Origin: Octopus vulgaris | Taxonomy: Eukaryota | Length of the DNA: 64,000 bases | Direction: 5' to 3' | Assembly (NCBI GenBank): GCA_951406725.2 | Contig: OX597833.1 | Location: 38,874,001 to 38,938,000 of the forward strand | Part shown: one piece after another, positions 62,180-64,000 of the stretch | How positions within the stretch are numbered: the first letter of the stretch is position 1 | How the letters are laid out: each line of letters opens with the position of its first letter | The notes under the pieces: model-generated | What the model was told of the DNA's origin: nothing | The model's input: the letters and a program-made list of their open reading frames with translations, nothing else | Databases searched by the model: none | Program-made: the position numbers and the translations under genes

Positions 62180-63666
62180 ATCTTTTTACTTGTTTCAGTC
62201 ATTAGACTGTGGCTATGCTGGAGCACTGCCTTGAGGAATTTGTAGTTGGATGAATCAACTGCAGTACATCCCCCCCACCCACTCAAGCTTGGTACTTATT
62301 CTATTGGTCTTTTTAGCCAAACCATTAAGTTACGGGGACATAAACACACCAGCACCACCAGTTGTCAAGCAGTTATGGAGGACAAACACAGAAACAAAAC
62401 ACATATACAAAGACATATTATACGTGGTGTAATTAGTAAGTGTCTGGACTGTTGCCATAGTAGTAATGCTAAAGCACAGATTGACCTTGAACTCTGCTGT
62501 ACATGCACACTAAGTTTTAACATTCTAGCTCACTTCCACTGTTTTCAGCAGTGCTTGGAAGGAAGGTGTGTAGTGTGTGATCGTCATATTGACCATGGCA
62601 GAGAAAGTTGTCATGAAAATACCCGCTCAGAGGATTACGCAAAGTTGCAGAAAGTGTATGGAGTGGAGTGTATGAGCTGTGTACAAGTGGTTCAGATGTT
62701 TCCAAGATGGCCGAAAAGATGTCAAACATTCTGGAAGACCTGCAACCAGAACTTAGAAAAACATCACATATGTGCATGCAGCTGTGAGGGGAAATCATTG
62801 AATCACCATCCATGAGTTATCAGAAAATGTGCAGATTAGTTACAGTTCAGTTCAGTCCATTATCACTCAAGATCTGGGTATGAGACATGTGTCTGCCAAG
62901 TTTGTACCAAAACTGCTTTCAGTTGATCAAAAAGACATTTGGGTTTCAATTGCACAAGATCTCCTTGATTGTGTTGAGAACAGTGAAAACTTTAAAAAAA
63001 TGGTCATAACAGATGATGAATTGTGGGTCTATGTCTATGACCCGAAACAAAGGCTAAGTCTTTGCAGTGGAAGATTCCAATCTCTCCGAAACCGAAGAAA
63101 GCATGAATGAGATGAAGCAATGTGAAGACACTGTTGACTGTTTTCTTTGACTACAAAGAGATTTTTCATCATGAATATGCCGCAATGTTTTGCAGCATTT
63201 GCAGGATGCTATTCATCGGAAAAGGCCACAATTGTACCATGACAACACACCAGCCCATTCAGCACAGCAGTTTTGGGCTAGATACAGCATTTCCCAGATC
63301 TTGCCCTTTGCGACTTTTTCTTCTTTTCAAAAATCAAATCTCACTTGAAAGAAATATTTCAGGGTGTCGAGGAAATCAAAGAAAATGCAACAAAGCAGCT
63401 ACTAATTATCCCAGAAAACGACTTCCAAGAATGCTTCCATCAATGGAAACACCACTGGATTAAGTGTGTGGCTTCCAAAGGGGACTACTTTGAAGATTAA
63501 ATGCCAAATATTGTACTTTAGTTTTTGTAGCATCAGTCTGGATACTTATTGATCAGACCTCATATACATATATATATATATATGACGGGCTTCTTTCGCT
63601 TTCAGTCAACCAAATCCACTCACATGGGTTTGGTCAGCAGAGAGGGCTGTAGTAAAAGACACTTGC
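62180..63666 (-). mobile_element. SINE family A1 split by a mariner insertion
   Basis: 3' half at 62180-62420 and 5' part at 63565-63666. Confidence 0.75.
62421..63564 (+). mobile_element. mariner (DD34D-type) transposon relic with TIRs and TA TSD
   Basis: TIRs ta|cgtggtgtaattagtaagtgtctggactg / cagtctggatacttattgatcagacctca|ta. Transposase pieces LGMRHVSAKFVPKLL, VITDDELWVYVYDP, KTLLTVFFD, PDLALCDFF. Confidence 0.9.
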
Positions 63667-64000
63667 CTGACGAAGGGGCCCATAGCTAGAAAAATGGTTG
63701 AGAACCAGTGACTTACAGTATTCTGTCATTCCTTGCAGTGAATCTGGTGATCTCGGTTAGTGCTGACGCCAAATAAAAAGCACGCAGTTCACTGATAAAT
63801 GTTTGGTGTTAAGAAGAAATCATGCCCAAGTAGACGGTGGCCCTTGGCGTAGTCTTCCGGTTTGTGAGCTCCTGTCAAACCGTCCAACCCATGCCACATG
63901 GTTAGGTGGCTGGCGATATGATACCAAATGAGAGAACCATCATGTTGCGCCGTACCACATTACAATTATAAACATCTACAAAGTCACAAAATAGTTTAAC

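Noticed and set aside
62829-63463. SETMAR-like or domesticated transposase gene
   Set aside because: Frameshifted, partly deleted and still bounded by TIRs; a neutral mariner relic.
63664-63700. ctgacgaagggg as a hammerhead core
   Set aside because: No stem II closing directly onto GAAA and no stem III; it lies at a junction of repeat fragments.

Overview
AT-rich, microsatellite-dense eukaryotic DNA with no supportable host protein-coding gene. The repeat families look like those of an octopus (coleoid cephalopod) genome; this is pattern recognition, not a database result. The window is probably intergenic or a large intron. Most ORFs in the track are artefacts of (TA)n/(CA)n tracts or SINEs. 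It contains three tRNA-derived SINE families, RTE-clade LINE fragments, a decayed Penelope-like element (RT + GIY-YIG) with solo pseudo-LTRs, non-autonomous Helitrons, DD37D (maT) and DD34D mariner relics, piggyBac-type and hAT-type MITEs, and a fragment of a restriction-like-endonuclease LINE. Most notable: (1) two hammerhead ribozymes with intact cores, one per strand, in a ~360-bp palindrome at 16.3-16.65 kb; (2) repeated fold-back (inverted-duplication) inserts from unrelated families inside (TA)n tracts; (3) a minimal hammerhead-like motif with a consistent A6->U core change in three Penelope pseudo-LTR copies; (4) a tandem array of predicted pseudoknots in an RTE 3' UTR. All alignments and translations were done by eye, so boundaries of decayed elements are approximate.
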